Assembly: GCA_035477395.1 (NCBI GenBank)
Contig: DATIKQ010000033.1
Span: 5,862-69,861, forward strand
Direction of reading: 5' to 3'
Origin: Longimicrobiales bacterium
Lineage (GTDB): Bacteria; Gemmatimonadota; Gemmatimonadetes; Longimicrobiales; Gaopeijiaceae
Length of the DNA stretch: 64,000 nucleotides
In this document: positions 29,060 to 37,532 of the stretch, piece by piece
How the letters are laid out: every line of letters begins with the position of its first letter
How positions within the stretch are numbered: the first letter of the stretch is position 1
The notes under the pieces: model-generated
Seen by the model: the letters and a program-made list of their open reading frames with translations, nothing else
Databases searched by the model: none
What the model was told of the DNA's origin: nothing
Position numbers and translations under genes: made by a program

Positions 29060-29114
29060 CTGACTGAAGGAAGGCGTCGGCCGCCTCTCTTCGGAAACCG
29101 GGCCCCGTGACGAG

Positions 29115-29150
29115 AATGCGGCGGGAGGATCGATGTCCCCCCGCCGCATT
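29115..29150. terminator. Hairpin terminator between convergent genes
   Basis: aatgcggcggg / 14-nt loop / cccgccgcatt, followed by tcctttcc. Confidence 0.55.
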
Positions 29151-29186
29151 TCCTTTCCGGCCGGTCCAAGCCCGTCCGGGCTCTGC

Positions 29187-29420
29187 TCAGTCGAAGTGTG
29201 CCCGGTTCTTCTCGATGTAGCTCGTCCACTCCGCCGGCACGTCCGTGTCGGGGAAGATGGCCTGGACCGGACACTCGGGCTCGCAGGCCCCGCAGTCGAT
29301 GCACTCGTCGGGGTGGATGTAGAACTGGTCGGACGCCTCGTAGATGCAATCCACGGGGCAAACCTCCACGCAACTCGCGTCCTTGGTCTCGATGCAGGGC
29401 TCAGTGATCACGTACGCCAT
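29187..29420 (-). CDS. fdxA: 7Fe (3Fe-4S + 4Fe-4S) ferredoxin, FdxA type
   Basis: [28 protein letters not shown]...[24 protein letters not shown] lies after GGAGGC. Confidence 0.85.
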   Translation of the reverse strand: MAYVITEPCIETKDASCVEVCPVDCIYEASDQFYIHPDECIDCGACEPECPVQAIFPDTDVPAEWTSYIEKNRAHFD

Positions 29421-29520
29421 GGAGCCTCCCGAACGGTCCTGTTCTTTCGACTTCCCGCCAGAGCAGGTCAAGGACTAACCAAAGGCCCCGACACCCGCAA
29501 GACACACACAAGGGACGCTT

Positions 29521-30108
29521 CTACTCGCGCGCGAGCCTCTTGGCGAAGGTACGCCCCCAGTGTTCGTAGCGCTGGGCCAGCCGCGGGTGGGTCCGATGGG
29601 CCATGGGCAGGTACACCGCCATCGCCTCCCGGTGCACGGCGGCGCGCCAGGCGTGATCCGCGTCTCGAAGGTGCCCGTGGCGCAGATGATCCAGGCGCTC
29701 GGCCAGGGCGACGAGCCTCACCCGCTCCTCTGCGATGACCAGGTCGTAGGCCAGACCTTCGCCGCCGGGCATGGGCACCGCTCCCGCCAACGCCGCCACG
29801 TCGGTGCCCAGGACGCGGTGGAGGATGCTGGGTGGGATTCGGAGCTCAGCGTCCTCGGACTCCACGACGGCCGCCGCCGCCAGCGTCACCGGGTCCACGC
29901 CGCCCACGTCCCGCAGGAGGATCAGCACCGAGCGCCCCGGGTGGAGAAAGGCCGGGTGACGATCATCGCCCAGCGCGCCGGCCCTGTGCTCCATGGCAAG
30001 GGCGTGGGCGCTGCTAACGGCTCGGATGCCCTCGGCGGAGACGCCCAGCGATCGGGCGGTCCGGACCACGCTGGCGGCCATGGCCGCCCCCCGATCCTCT
30101 CCTTCCAC
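29521..30108 (-). CDS. SpoT/RelA-type HD-domain-like protein with degenerate metal dyad
   Basis: AHALAMEHRAG...HPAFLHPGRSVLILLRDVGGVDPVTLAAAAVVESED aligns to the HD_4 pattern (H.gQ...PY..HP..VA.iL...D..t..AAlLHDvvED). VE replaces HD. Confidence 0.5.
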   Translation of the reverse strand: MEGEDRGAAMAASVVRTARSLGVSAEGIRAVSSAHALAMEHRAGALGDDRHPAFLHPGRSVLILLRDVGGVDPVTLAAAAVVESEDAELRIPPSILHRVLGTDVAALAGAVPMPGGEGLAYDLVIAEERVRLVALAERLDHLRHGHLRDADHAWRAAVHREAMAVYLPMAHRTHPRLAQRYEHWGRTFAKRLARE

Positions 30109-30110
30109 GG

Positions 30111-30941
30111 CTAAGGCTCCAGATGCCGGCGCAGGTGCTCCAGCGTACGGTCCATGGCTTCACGCAGCTCCGGTGAGACCCCTCCGAACGGGTGCCCCAC
30201 CTCGAGGGTGTGTCCGGCCCCTTCGACGCGATGGAGCCCAGCTCCCGGGTTGGCTCGTACCAGCGCATGCGCGTCGCCGGGCCACACCGTGAGGTCCTCG
30301 GTGCCGTGGATGATCAGCCAGGGAGCCGTGATCCGCGATGCTGCGGCCCTCACGTCCAACTCGACCCGGTGCGCCTCGAAGTCCTCCAGGAGCTCCACCC
30401 CCACCGGCATCTGCTCCCCGTTGCGCTGGTTCAGCACCCAGATCCGCCCTCCGGCGCGCCACAGGGCCCTCGTCTCCTCCGTCCACCGATCGAAGTGGGC
30501 GACCGCCGCCCACGTCACGAGCGCGCCGACCCTCGGCTCGGCGGCGGACGCCAGCACCGCGTGTCCCCCCCCGCGGCTGTGGCCAAGGAGCGCCGCACGC
30601 CGCGGTCTCCGGGGCAGGAGGTCTCCGTCCAGCACCTCCGCGAGCACGGCCCGCAGCTCCTCCTGCTCCAGGGAGAGCGTGTTCGACGCGAACCGGTCGA
30701 GGTCGGTGATGCGCACCGGATCGCCCGCGATGCCGTTGCGAGAGAAGTTGAAGGTCACCACGGCGTAGCCGGCACCGACGAGTTGCTCGGCCACCCAGGG
30801 GAAGAAACCCCAGTCCTTGAAGCCCTTGAAGCCGTGGGCCAGCACCACCGCAGCACGCGGTGGCGGCCCGTCGGGAATGCGGATGTCCCCCCGGAGGGTG
30901 TCTCCCGGGCGGGGCTCGCGCGTGAAGGGGAGCCGGATCAC
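30111..30941 (-). CDS. Alpha/beta hydrolase
   Basis: Nucleophile elbow GHSRGG, and C-terminal HGTED...GAGH. The GTG start overlaps the upstream stop (GTGA). Confidence 0.7.
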   Translation of the reverse strand: MIRLPFTREPRPGDTLRGDIRIPDGPPPRAAVVLAHGFKGFKDWGFFPWVAEQLVGAGYAVVTFNFSRNGIAGDPVRITDLDRFASNTLSLEQEELRAVLAEVLDGDLLPRRPRRAALLGHSRGGGHAVLASAAEPRVGALVTWAAVAHFDRWTEETRALWRAGGRIWVLNQRNGEQMPVGVELLEDFEAHRVELDVRAAASRITAPWLIIHGTEDLTVWPGDAHALVRANPGAGLHRVEGAGHTLEVGHPFGGVSPELREAMDRTLEHLRRHLEP

Positions 30942-31501
30942 ACCTTCCGCCACTCCACGTCCGGGGTTCCCGCGCGACGGTTCTCCATGCGGGCGAAGGT
31001 GAACAGCAGGTCCGAGAGCCGATTCAGGTACATCACGATCCCCTCCTCGACCTGCTCCACCGCGGCGAGGTGCACCACGGCCCTCTCGGCCCGTCGGCAG
31101 ACGGTCCGCGCCAGGTGGAGGGCGGCGGCGCCCGGCGACCCGCCGGGAAGGATGAACGCACGCAGCGGCTCGAGTTCGCCGTCGGCGGCGTCCATCCACA
31201 CCTCCATCTCCGCCACCCGCCCCCGGGGGAGATCGGGAAGCCCTTTCGGCCGGGGCCGGGCGTCCTGGCTGGGCGCGGTCGCGAGGAGCGCGCCGACCGC
31301 GAAAAGGTCGTGCTGGATGAGACCCAGGCGCTCCCGGATCTCCGCGTCCGCCACCGCCGCGGCCGCCACCCCCACGCTGGCGTTCAACTCGTCCACCGTC
31401 CCGTAGGCGCATACCCGGTGGTGCTCCTTGGAGACGCGCCCGCCGCCGAAGAGCGCGGTGTCGCCGGCGTCGCCGGTCCGCGTGTAGATCTTCATGATCA
31501 C
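30938..31501 (-). CDS. PduO-type ATP:cob(I)alamin adenosyltransferase
   Basis: MKIYTRTGDAGDTALFGGGRVSKEHHRVCAYGTVDELN is the hallmark N-terminus of this family. Confidence 0.9.
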   Translation of the reverse strand: MIMKIYTRTGDAGDTALFGGGRVSKEHHRVCAYGTVDELNASVGVAAAAVADAEIRERLGLIQHDLFAVGALLATAPSQDARPRPKGLPDLPRGRVAEMEVWMDAADGELEPLRAFILPGGSPGAAALHLARTVCRRAERAVVHLAAVEQVEEGIVMYLNRLSDLLFTFARMENRRAGTPDVEWRKV

Positions 31502-31743
31502 CGTAGCCTGGTCAGTTGCCGCAGCGCCTGCGCCTTCTCCAGCAGCGAAGAAACCTTCCCCTCCTGGGTCGGGACGGACAGGAGGTCCCGGATGTCCAGG
31601 AGCACCTCCAGGTGGATCTGGTCACGCTGGAAGTCCAGATCCAGCTTGGCCATCCCCCCTTTGTCGTCGCGCTCCTGGGCGGCGCGGAACGCCTCCCGGA
31701 AGGCCCCTTCCAGGCTCTGGATCACACGGTCGCGCTCGCGCAT
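31498..31743 (-). CDS. Small hypothetical protein (81 aa)
   Basis: Balanced, Lys/Glu/Asp-containing composition unlike the shadow ORFs. Its stop overlaps the PduO GTG start (GTGA). Confidence 0.5.
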   Translation of the reverse strand: MRERDRVIQSLEGAFREAFRAAQERDDKGGMAKLDLDFQRDQIHLEVLLDIRDLLSVPTQEGKVSSLLEKAQALRQLTRLR

Positions 31744-31755
31744 GGGTCGGCCCTC

Positions 31756-32439
31756 CTACAAGGCCGCCAGCACGCGCGCGCCGGGGCCGGAGTGAAAGTA
31801 GCCCGCGACGGTCTCCCGCAGCTCGTCCAACCGGCCCACGAAGTAGTGGTCCGCCCCGGAGATCCGGACCAGCGTGATGTGCGGCCCCATGGGCCGAAGC
31901 AACTCCGCCGCCGCGGCCCCCGATCCAAACCCGTCGTCCTCGCCCTGGACCACCAGGACCGGCTTGTCGGCCCGGGACAGAAAGGAGTGGTCGTACTCCG
32001 GCTTCTTCACCGGGAGCCCCAGGCCCAGCAGCGCCACCACGCGCCGGTCCCCGGTCCCGACCCCCAGGCCCACCATGGCGCCGAACGAGAAGCCGCCCGC
32101 GACGAGGGGGAGCTCCGGGTACCGGGCCTCGAGCCAATCCAGCGCCGCGCGCAGGTCATCCTGCTCCCCGTGCCCGTCGTCATGGCTCCCCGTGCTCACG
32201 CCAACTCCGCGGAAGTTGAAGCGCAGCGCCACCAACCCAGCGTCGTTGAGGCCCTGGGCCGCGCGGTACACCGCCTTGGTGTGCAGGGTACCCCCGTGGA
32301 GCGGATGGGGATGGCACACCACCGCAGCACCGCGCGGCGCGTCCACGGGTTCCTTGACGACGGCCTCGAGCCAGCCGTGGGAAACGGGGATCTTCAAGGC
32401 CCGCGGTTCCTCCTCACGAACGAAAAATCCCGCCCGCAC
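31756..32439 (-). CDS. Alpha/beta hydrolase (short, dienelactone-hydrolase-like)
   Basis: GGFSFGA nucleophile elbow. HPHPLHGG near the N-terminus and GADHYF near the C-terminus. Confidence 0.65.
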   Translation of the reverse strand: MRAGFFVREEEPRALKIPVSHGWLEAVVKEPVDAPRGAAVVCHPHPLHGGTLHTKAVYRAAQGLNDAGLVALRFNFRGVGVSTGSHDDGHGEQDDLRAALDWLEARYPELPLVAGGFSFGAMVGLGVGTGDRRVVALLGLGLPVKKPEYDHSFLSRADKPVLVVQGEDDGFGSGAAAAELLRPMGPHITLVRISGADHYFVGRLDELRETVAGYFHSGPGARVLAAL

Positions 32440-32521
32440 GAGCCACTTCGCCTGTGCGGGACGGGTGCGGCCAAGCTATGTTGTGCAAGGTCGAAATGAG
32501 GGTCAAGGGAAGGGGGGATTC

Positions 32522-32962
32522 ATGTCTGACGCCGCCGCCGACCAGGAAATCGAACGCAAGGCCAACGAGCTCTACTGGGGATCGGAGTGGAGCGTCAACC
32601 AGATCGCTGACGAGCTGGACCTCTCCAAGGGCGTGCTCTACGGCATCATCCGGCCGCGACCCTCTGGCCTCGCGTGCCCCACGTGCGGTGAGGAGGTGGT
32701 CTATCCCAACCGCACGGCCAAGGAGCGCCGGTTGGTGGCGTGCGCGTCGTGCGGGTGGGGAGGCGAGGAGATGTCGGCGGATTCCGCGGGCGGTGAGGCA
32801 GGCGTGGTCCTGCCCCTCGGCGGCGGGCCCGACGAAGACGAGATCGTCATGCCGCCCATCCGTCTCTCCAGCTCGCGCCAGCGCGTGGTCCTCGGCGGCA
32901 TCCTCCTCGGGGCAGCCGCCGGCCTGGCCCTGGTGATCTGGGCGCGACGCCGGAAGAAGTAG
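32522..32962 (+). CDS. Membrane-anchored HTH + zinc-ribbon protein
   Basis: WSVNQIADELDLSKGVLYGII (HTH-like), CPTCG...CASCGW (4-Cys ribbon), and C-terminal TM VVLGGILLGAAAGLALVIW followed by RRRKK. Confidence 0.5.
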   Translation: MSDAAADQEIERKANELYWGSEWSVNQIADELDLSKGVLYGIIRPRPSGLACPTCGEEVVYPNRTAKERRLVACASCGWGGEEMSADSAGGEAGVVLPLGGGPDEDEIVMPPIRLSSSRQRVVLGGILLGAAAGLALVIWARRRKK

Positions 32963-32979
32963 CCCGCTCCGACAAGGAC

Positions 32980-34176
32980 ATGCCGATCCGCGTCGCCCCC
33001 CAGAGGGACCCGAGGAGCATCGTCACGCCCGATGCGTTCGAGGTCGCTCCCGCGCTCCTGGGCCTCCCTCTGGCCAGCCCTCGGAGGCGTCTCGCCGCGC
33101 TCCTCGTCGACCTGGGCGTCATCGGCGTCATCACGCTCCTCACGAAGAACTTCGCCCTCGTCCTGGGTCTGGTCGCCGCGGCACTCTTCATCCGGGAGGG
33201 CTTCAAGCGCACCCCGGTGCAGGGAAGCGCATTCGGACGAGCCATGCGCATGAGCGTGGGGTGCCTCGGCACCTGGATCGGCATCATCACCATCGTCGCC
33301 GGGATGGCGATGGCGGGTAAGCTGGGCAGCGACGGAGGCGAGCCATCCGGGAGCCCCAGCCCCTCCGACGTCCCTGAGGCCCGACTCTCGGGCGTGGCCG
33401 GCCTCGTGACCCTCATCGAGGGCGTCGGCGACGCCCGACGGATCGAGCGGGCGGAAACCCGCAGCGAGGCACTTGCCGCTGCCACCGACCTGGCCCGTCG
33501 GGGTTTCGCGGCCGGGATGTCGAAGGAGCAGGTGCAGCATGTGCTCGTGGACGTGCTCCCCGACGATGCCGTATGGAGCCCGGAAACGGAGATCATCGTC
33601 GACCAAGCCATGGCCGCGGCGCTCGGAGACACCGCGCTGGTGAGGGAGACGGCGAAGCTCGCGGCAGCCGACAGCGCGGAAGCCGATACCACGGTCACGG
33701 GAGTTCTGGACCCCGTCCTGGCCGACAGCCTGCGCTCGATGCAGGTCCGCGTGGCGAGCCTCACGGTGTCGACGGAGTCCCAGCAACGCGAACTGCAATC
33801 CCTCCGCGAGGAGCTCCGCCAGGAGCAGGAGGGCGGCGCGCTCCTCGCCTCATTCCGGGGCATCCTCGACGAGCTCGGGTTCGGCTTCGGATGGGCGTCG
33901 CTCTATCTCACGATCATGCTCTCGTGGTGGAAGGGCCAGACCATCGGGAAGCGCCTCCTCAAGATCCGGGTCCTGAGGCTGGACGGTGAGCCCATCACCT
34001 GGTGGACGGCGTTCGAGCGGGCGGGCGGGTACGCCGCCGGGCTCGCCACCGGGCTTCTCGGATTCGCCCAGGTATACTGGGACTCGAACCGCCAGGCCAT
34101 CCACGACCGGATCGTCGGAACGGTGGTCGTCATGGACGGGGCCGAGAAGGTCGTGGACTGGGAGAAGGCCCTGTGA
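32980..34176 (+). CDS. RDD-family membrane protein with large internal insertion
   Basis: RRLAALLVDLGVIGVITLL at the N-terminus and GQTIGKRLLKIRVL...IHDRIVGTVVV at the C-terminus form an RDD domain. About 200 aa of soluble coiled-coil-like insert separates the two halves. Confidence 0.6.
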   Translation: MPIRVAPQRDPRSIVTPDAFEVAPALLGLPLASPRRRLAALLVDLGVIGVITLLTKNFALVLGLVAAALFIREGFKRTPVQGSAFGRAMRMSVGCLGTWIGIITIVAGMAMAGKLGSDGGEPSGSPSPSDVPEARLSGVAGLVTLIEGVGDARRIERAETRSEALAAATDLARRGFAAGMSKEQVQHVLVDVLPDDAVWSPETEIIVDQAMAAALGDTALVRETAKLAAADSAEADTTVTGVLDPVLADSLRSMQVRVASLTVSTESQQRELQSLREELRQEQEGGALLASFRGILDELGFGFGWASLYLTIMLSWWKGQTIGKRLLKIRVLRLDGEPITWWTAFERAGGYAAGLATGLLGFAQVYWDSNRQAIHDRIVGTVVVMDGAEKVVDWEKAL

Positions 34177-34201
34177 GCACGCACCCGCGAGGAAGCACGT
34201 G

Positions 34202-35056
34202 ATGACCGACCAGCCCTACGAGCCCGACGTTCCCTCGCAGGAGGAGGTGGTGGCGCGCGGCGTAGACGACCGCTTCGAGCGACGCGTCGTGATGGCGGTC
34301 CCCGACCGGCACAACCCGAAGCTCCACCAGCTCATGGAGGCCGTGAACGCCGACGACGACCTCTACGGACTGTGGCTGGCTGCCAACGTGAACGCCATGG
34401 AGCGGCTCTCCATGACGGACCATGGGCCGGTTCACGTGAAGATCGTCATGAACCTCGCCGTGCGCATGCTGCGCCTCCTCATGGAGGCCGGCGTCCAGCC
34501 TTCGGTGGTGCACGACTACGCCATGGAGCCCGAGGATGCCGAGATCGTGGTGACCCTGGCGGCCCTGCTCCACGACCTGGGCATGTCCATCCACCGTGTG
34601 GACCACGAAGCGTTCTCCCTGTTCGTGGCCCAGGACAAGCTCCGCCAGATCCTCCCGGGGCTCTATGACGAGCGGCGCTCCACCGTCATCCGCTCCGAGG
34701 TCCTCCACGCCATCATCTCGCATCGCTCCGGGGGGAGGCCGATGACGCTGGAGGCGGGCGTCGTGCGCATCGCCGACGCCCTCGACATGGCGAAGGGCCG
34801 TTCGCGCATCCCCTTCGCCGCCGGATCCCTCTCCATCCACTCCGTGTCCGCGGCGGCGATCGAGGGGGTGAGACTGGAGCGGGGGTCGGAGTGCGCCATC
34901 CGGGTCACGGTGGACATGTCCAATTCGGCGGGGCTGTTCCAGCTGGACCAGCTGCTCCGGGAGAAGCTCAAGGGGAGTGGGCTGGAGCGCCACATGGAGA
35001 TCCGGGCGAGGCTCGGCGAGGAGGAGAAGCGCCTCCTCACCGACTTCACCCTCTGA
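34202..35056 (+). CDS. HD-domain phosphohydrolase
   Basis: HGPVHVKIV...LAALLHDLGMSIHRVDHE...RIADALD gives the H...HD...D metal ligands. Confidence 0.7.
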   Translation: MTDQPYEPDVPSQEEVVARGVDDRFERRVVMAVPDRHNPKLHQLMEAVNADDDLYGLWLAANVNAMERLSMTDHGPVHVKIVMNLAVRMLRLLMEAGVQPSVVHDYAMEPEDAEIVVTLAALLHDLGMSIHRVDHEAFSLFVAQDKLRQILPGLYDERRSTVIRSEVLHAIISHRSGGRPMTLEAGVVRIADALDMAKGRSRIPFAAGSLSIHSVSAAAIEGVRLERGSECAIRVTVDMSNSAGLFQLDQLLREKLKGSGLERHMEIRARLGEEEKRLLTDFTL

Positions 35057-35084
35057 TGAGCCCGCACGCTCCACGGCCGCATCG

Positions 35085-35822
35085 ATGGACGTCACCGTCT
35101 CCTTCCCGCTCGCCTTCGCCGCCGGCCTGGTCTCGTTCCTGTCTCCGTGCGTGCTCCCGGTCGTGCCGAGCTACGTGGCGTTCGTCTCCGGCTTGACGCT
35201 CGAGGAGCTCCGGGACGGAAGCTCACGCTCCGCTCGACGGAGCGCGGTCGTCCACTCGCTGCTCTTCGTCGTCGGCTTCACCGCCGTCTTCATGACGTTG
35301 GGTTGGGCGGCCACGTCCGCAGGGCAGGTTCTCGCCCACCTCCTCCCCTGGCTGAATCGCGCCGGTGGCCTCGCCCTCATCGTGTTCGGCCTCTATCTGG
35401 CCGGGCTTCTCCGGGTGCCGGGCCTTTCCCGCGAGTTCCGCGTGCACCTCGCGTCCAGGCCCTCGGGCTGGACCGGCTCGTTCCTCGTGGGCGTGGCGTT
35501 CGGCGCCGGGTGGACCCCGTGCATCGGGCCCGTGCTCGCCTCCATCCTCCTCTACGCCGGCATGGAAGCCACGCGCGGCGAAGGCACGGCGCTCCTGGCC
35601 ACGTACGCGGCCGGGCTGGGGGTTCCCTTCGTGGCCGCTTCCGCCATGTTCAACGGGTTTCTCGCCGGCCTGCACCACGTCCGGAGATGGATGGTGCCGC
35701 TGGGTCGCCTCGCTGGCGCGCTGCTGGTTCTCGTGGGGCTGATGATGGTCACCGGGAGCTACGCGACGCTGGCAGGAGCGCTGGCCGGAATGGGACAGCT
35801 CGTGAACCTGGAGATGCCATGA
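35085..35822 (+). CDS. ccdA: Cytochrome c biogenesis / thiol-disulfide electron transporter CcdA (DsbD_2 family)
   Basis: GLVSFLSPCVLPVVPSY and GAGWTPCIGPVL give the two conserved membrane Cys. Six TM helices. Confidence 0.85.
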   Translation: MDVTVSFPLAFAAGLVSFLSPCVLPVVPSYVAFVSGLTLEELRDGSSRSARRSAVVHSLLFVVGFTAVFMTLGWAATSAGQVLAHLLPWLNRAGGLALIVFGLYLAGLLRVPGLSREFRVHLASRPSGWTGSFLVGVAFGAGWTPCIGPVLASILLYAGMEATRGEGTALLATYAAGLGVPFVAASAMFNGFLAGLHHVRRWMVPLGRLAGALLVLVGLMMVTGSYATLAGALAGMGQLVNLEMP

Positions 35823-36541
35823 AGGCGCACGGTGTGCTGGCGGTGGTCGCCGCCCTGGTGGGCGCGGCCGCGTGCGCCGACGCCCCAGCCAGCGGCGACG
35901 AAGGAACGGAGGCGGCCAGCCGCGAGCTCCTGGCCGCCGCGAGCACCGCCACTGACGAGGCGGATCCCCAGACGCTGGACATCTCCCAGCTGGGCATGAA
36001 CCGGGGTGCCGGCGATGCCCCGGTGCGCATCATCGAGTTCTCCGACTATGGGTGCGGCTACTGCCGGAAGTTCCACCAGGAAACCTGGCCCGTGCTGCTC
36101 CGGGACTTCGTGGACGCGGGAAAGGTGGAGTGGAAGTTCCTCCCCTACGTGACCGGGATGTTCGGGAACACCACGGCCGCCACGACGGCGGCGGAGTGCG
36201 TGCTGGAGCAGGGCGACACGCTCTTCCACACCATGAACGGCCTCATCTGGGAGCACCAGAGCGAGTGGAAGCGGTCCGCCGACCCCGCCTCGATTCTCCG
36301 CGGCCTGGCGCACGACACCGGTGCCGAGCTGCTGCGGTACGACTCCTGCCTGTCCCAGGGCCGCCGGACGCAGCGGGTGGAGGGAGCGAACGCCCTCGCC
36401 CGGCAGATCGGGGTGCGCGCCACCCCGACCTTCTTCGTCGTGGGGTATCCCCCGATCCAGGGCGCGCTCCCCACGGACGCCTTCGTCCAGATCCTCACCA
36501 TGGTGTACAACGAATCAGCCAAGCCGGGTGGGGCGCCCTGA
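35819..36541 (+). CDS. DsbA-family thioredoxin-fold lipoprotein
   Basis: ATGA overlap with ccdA. Lipobox LVGAAAC. Redox motif SDYGCGYCRKFH. Confidence 0.8.
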   Translation: MKAHGVLAVVAALVGAAACADAPASGDEGTEAASRELLAAASTATDEADPQTLDISQLGMNRGAGDAPVRIIEFSDYGCGYCRKFHQETWPVLLRDFVDAGKVEWKFLPYVTGMFGNTTAATTAAECVLEQGDTLFHTMNGLIWEHQSEWKRSADPASILRGLAHDTGAELLRYDSCLSQGRRTQRVEGANALARQIGVRATPTFFVVGYPPIQGALPTDAFVQILTMVYNESAKPGGAP

Positions 36542-36557
36542 CGCCACCCGCGCGCTC

Positions 36558-37442
36558 GTGACCCTCCACCTCCTCCTCCGAGTCGCCGCCGCGGCCGCCA
36601 CGCTCCTGGCGCTGGCGTGCGGCCCCGTGTCCACCGGCGGAGGTCCCGGATGCCAGCCGTCCCTCACCGCCGTGCGCCTGGCCGACGACATCCAGGAGGC
36701 CTCGGGCGTCGCCGCGAGCCTCCGCCATTCCGGCATCTTCTGGACCCACAACGACGCGGGCTCGGTGCTCTTCGCCGTGGACGGGGCGGGCGCCGTCGTG
36801 GCCCGCTTCCCGATCCGGCCCTCCCTCCGCGACTGGGAGGACGTGGCCGTCGCCGGGTGCCCCCAGGGCGGGTCGTGCCTGTACCTCTCCGACCTGGGAG
36901 ACAACTACGAGGAGCGGACGTTCGGGGAGATTCTCCGCGTCTCGGAGCCCGACCCGGCTGAGCCCGACACCCTCCGGGCGGAGGTCTTCCCGGTGCGGCT
37001 CCCTGAGGGCGCCCGGGACATCGAGGCGCTCCTGGTCCTCCCCGGGGAGCGCATCCTCGCCATCACGAAGGGGCGGAACCACGCCGTCACGGTCTACCGC
37101 TACCCTGGAGCCTTGCGAGCGGACACGGTGACGCTGGAAGAGGTGCAGCGGCTCTCCGACGGCCCTCGCATCCTCCCGCGGCAGGTCACCGGCGGCGCCG
37201 TCTCTCCCCGTGGAGGCCTGGTCGCCCTCCGCACGTACGAGTCTCTCCAGTTCTATCGGATCGTCGCCGACACCCTGGTGCCCGTGGAGGGCGGTCTCGT
37301 GAACCTTCGCCCGCTCCTCGAGAGCCAGGGGGAAGGCGTGGGAATCGGCCTCGACGGCTCCGTGGTGCTGGCTTCCGAGGGCGGCCCCGCCGGTGCGCCC
37401 GGGTCCCTTTCCTTCATGCGCTGCCAGATCGACGGCATCTGA
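36558..37442 (+). CDS. Lipoprotein, putative beta-propeller (SdiA-regulated/phytase-like) fold
   Basis: GTG 36558. Lipobox LLALACG. Pattern DIQEASGVA...IFWTHNDAGS...DWEDVAV...LYLSDLGDN resembles that family. Confidence 0.4.
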   Translation: MTLHLLLRVAAAAATLLALACGPVSTGGGPGCQPSLTAVRLADDIQEASGVAASLRHSGIFWTHNDAGSVLFAVDGAGAVVARFPIRPSLRDWEDVAVAGCPQGGSCLYLSDLGDNYEERTFGEILRVSEPDPAEPDTLRAEVFPVRLPEGARDIEALLVLPGERILAITKGRNHAVTVYRYPGALRADTVTLEEVQRLSDGPRILPRQVTGGAVSPRGGLVALRTYESLQFYRIVADTLVPVEGGLVNLRPLLESQGEGVGIGLDGSVVLASEGGPAGAPGSLSFMRCQIDGI

Positions 37443-37532
37443 CCGACGTTGCGCCTATGCTCGGCGCAGCGCACCCTGAGGGCGTTGCCATGCCGTCGTA
37501 CCGCAGTCCCGGCCCCCAACGCCGAGGTCCTC

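Noticed and set aside
30938-31760. Possible cobalamin riboswitch associated with the PduO adenosyltransferase.
   Set aside because: The gene's start overlaps the stop of the upstream ORF, so there is no untranslated leader that could hold a riboswitch. I saw no B12-box-like sequence.
36321-36557. Upstream extension of the propeller-like lipoprotein ORF (start at 36321).
   Set aside because: The extension overlaps the DsbA-like gene in another frame and is Pro/Arg-rich. GTG 36558 immediately precedes a canonical lipoprotein signal.
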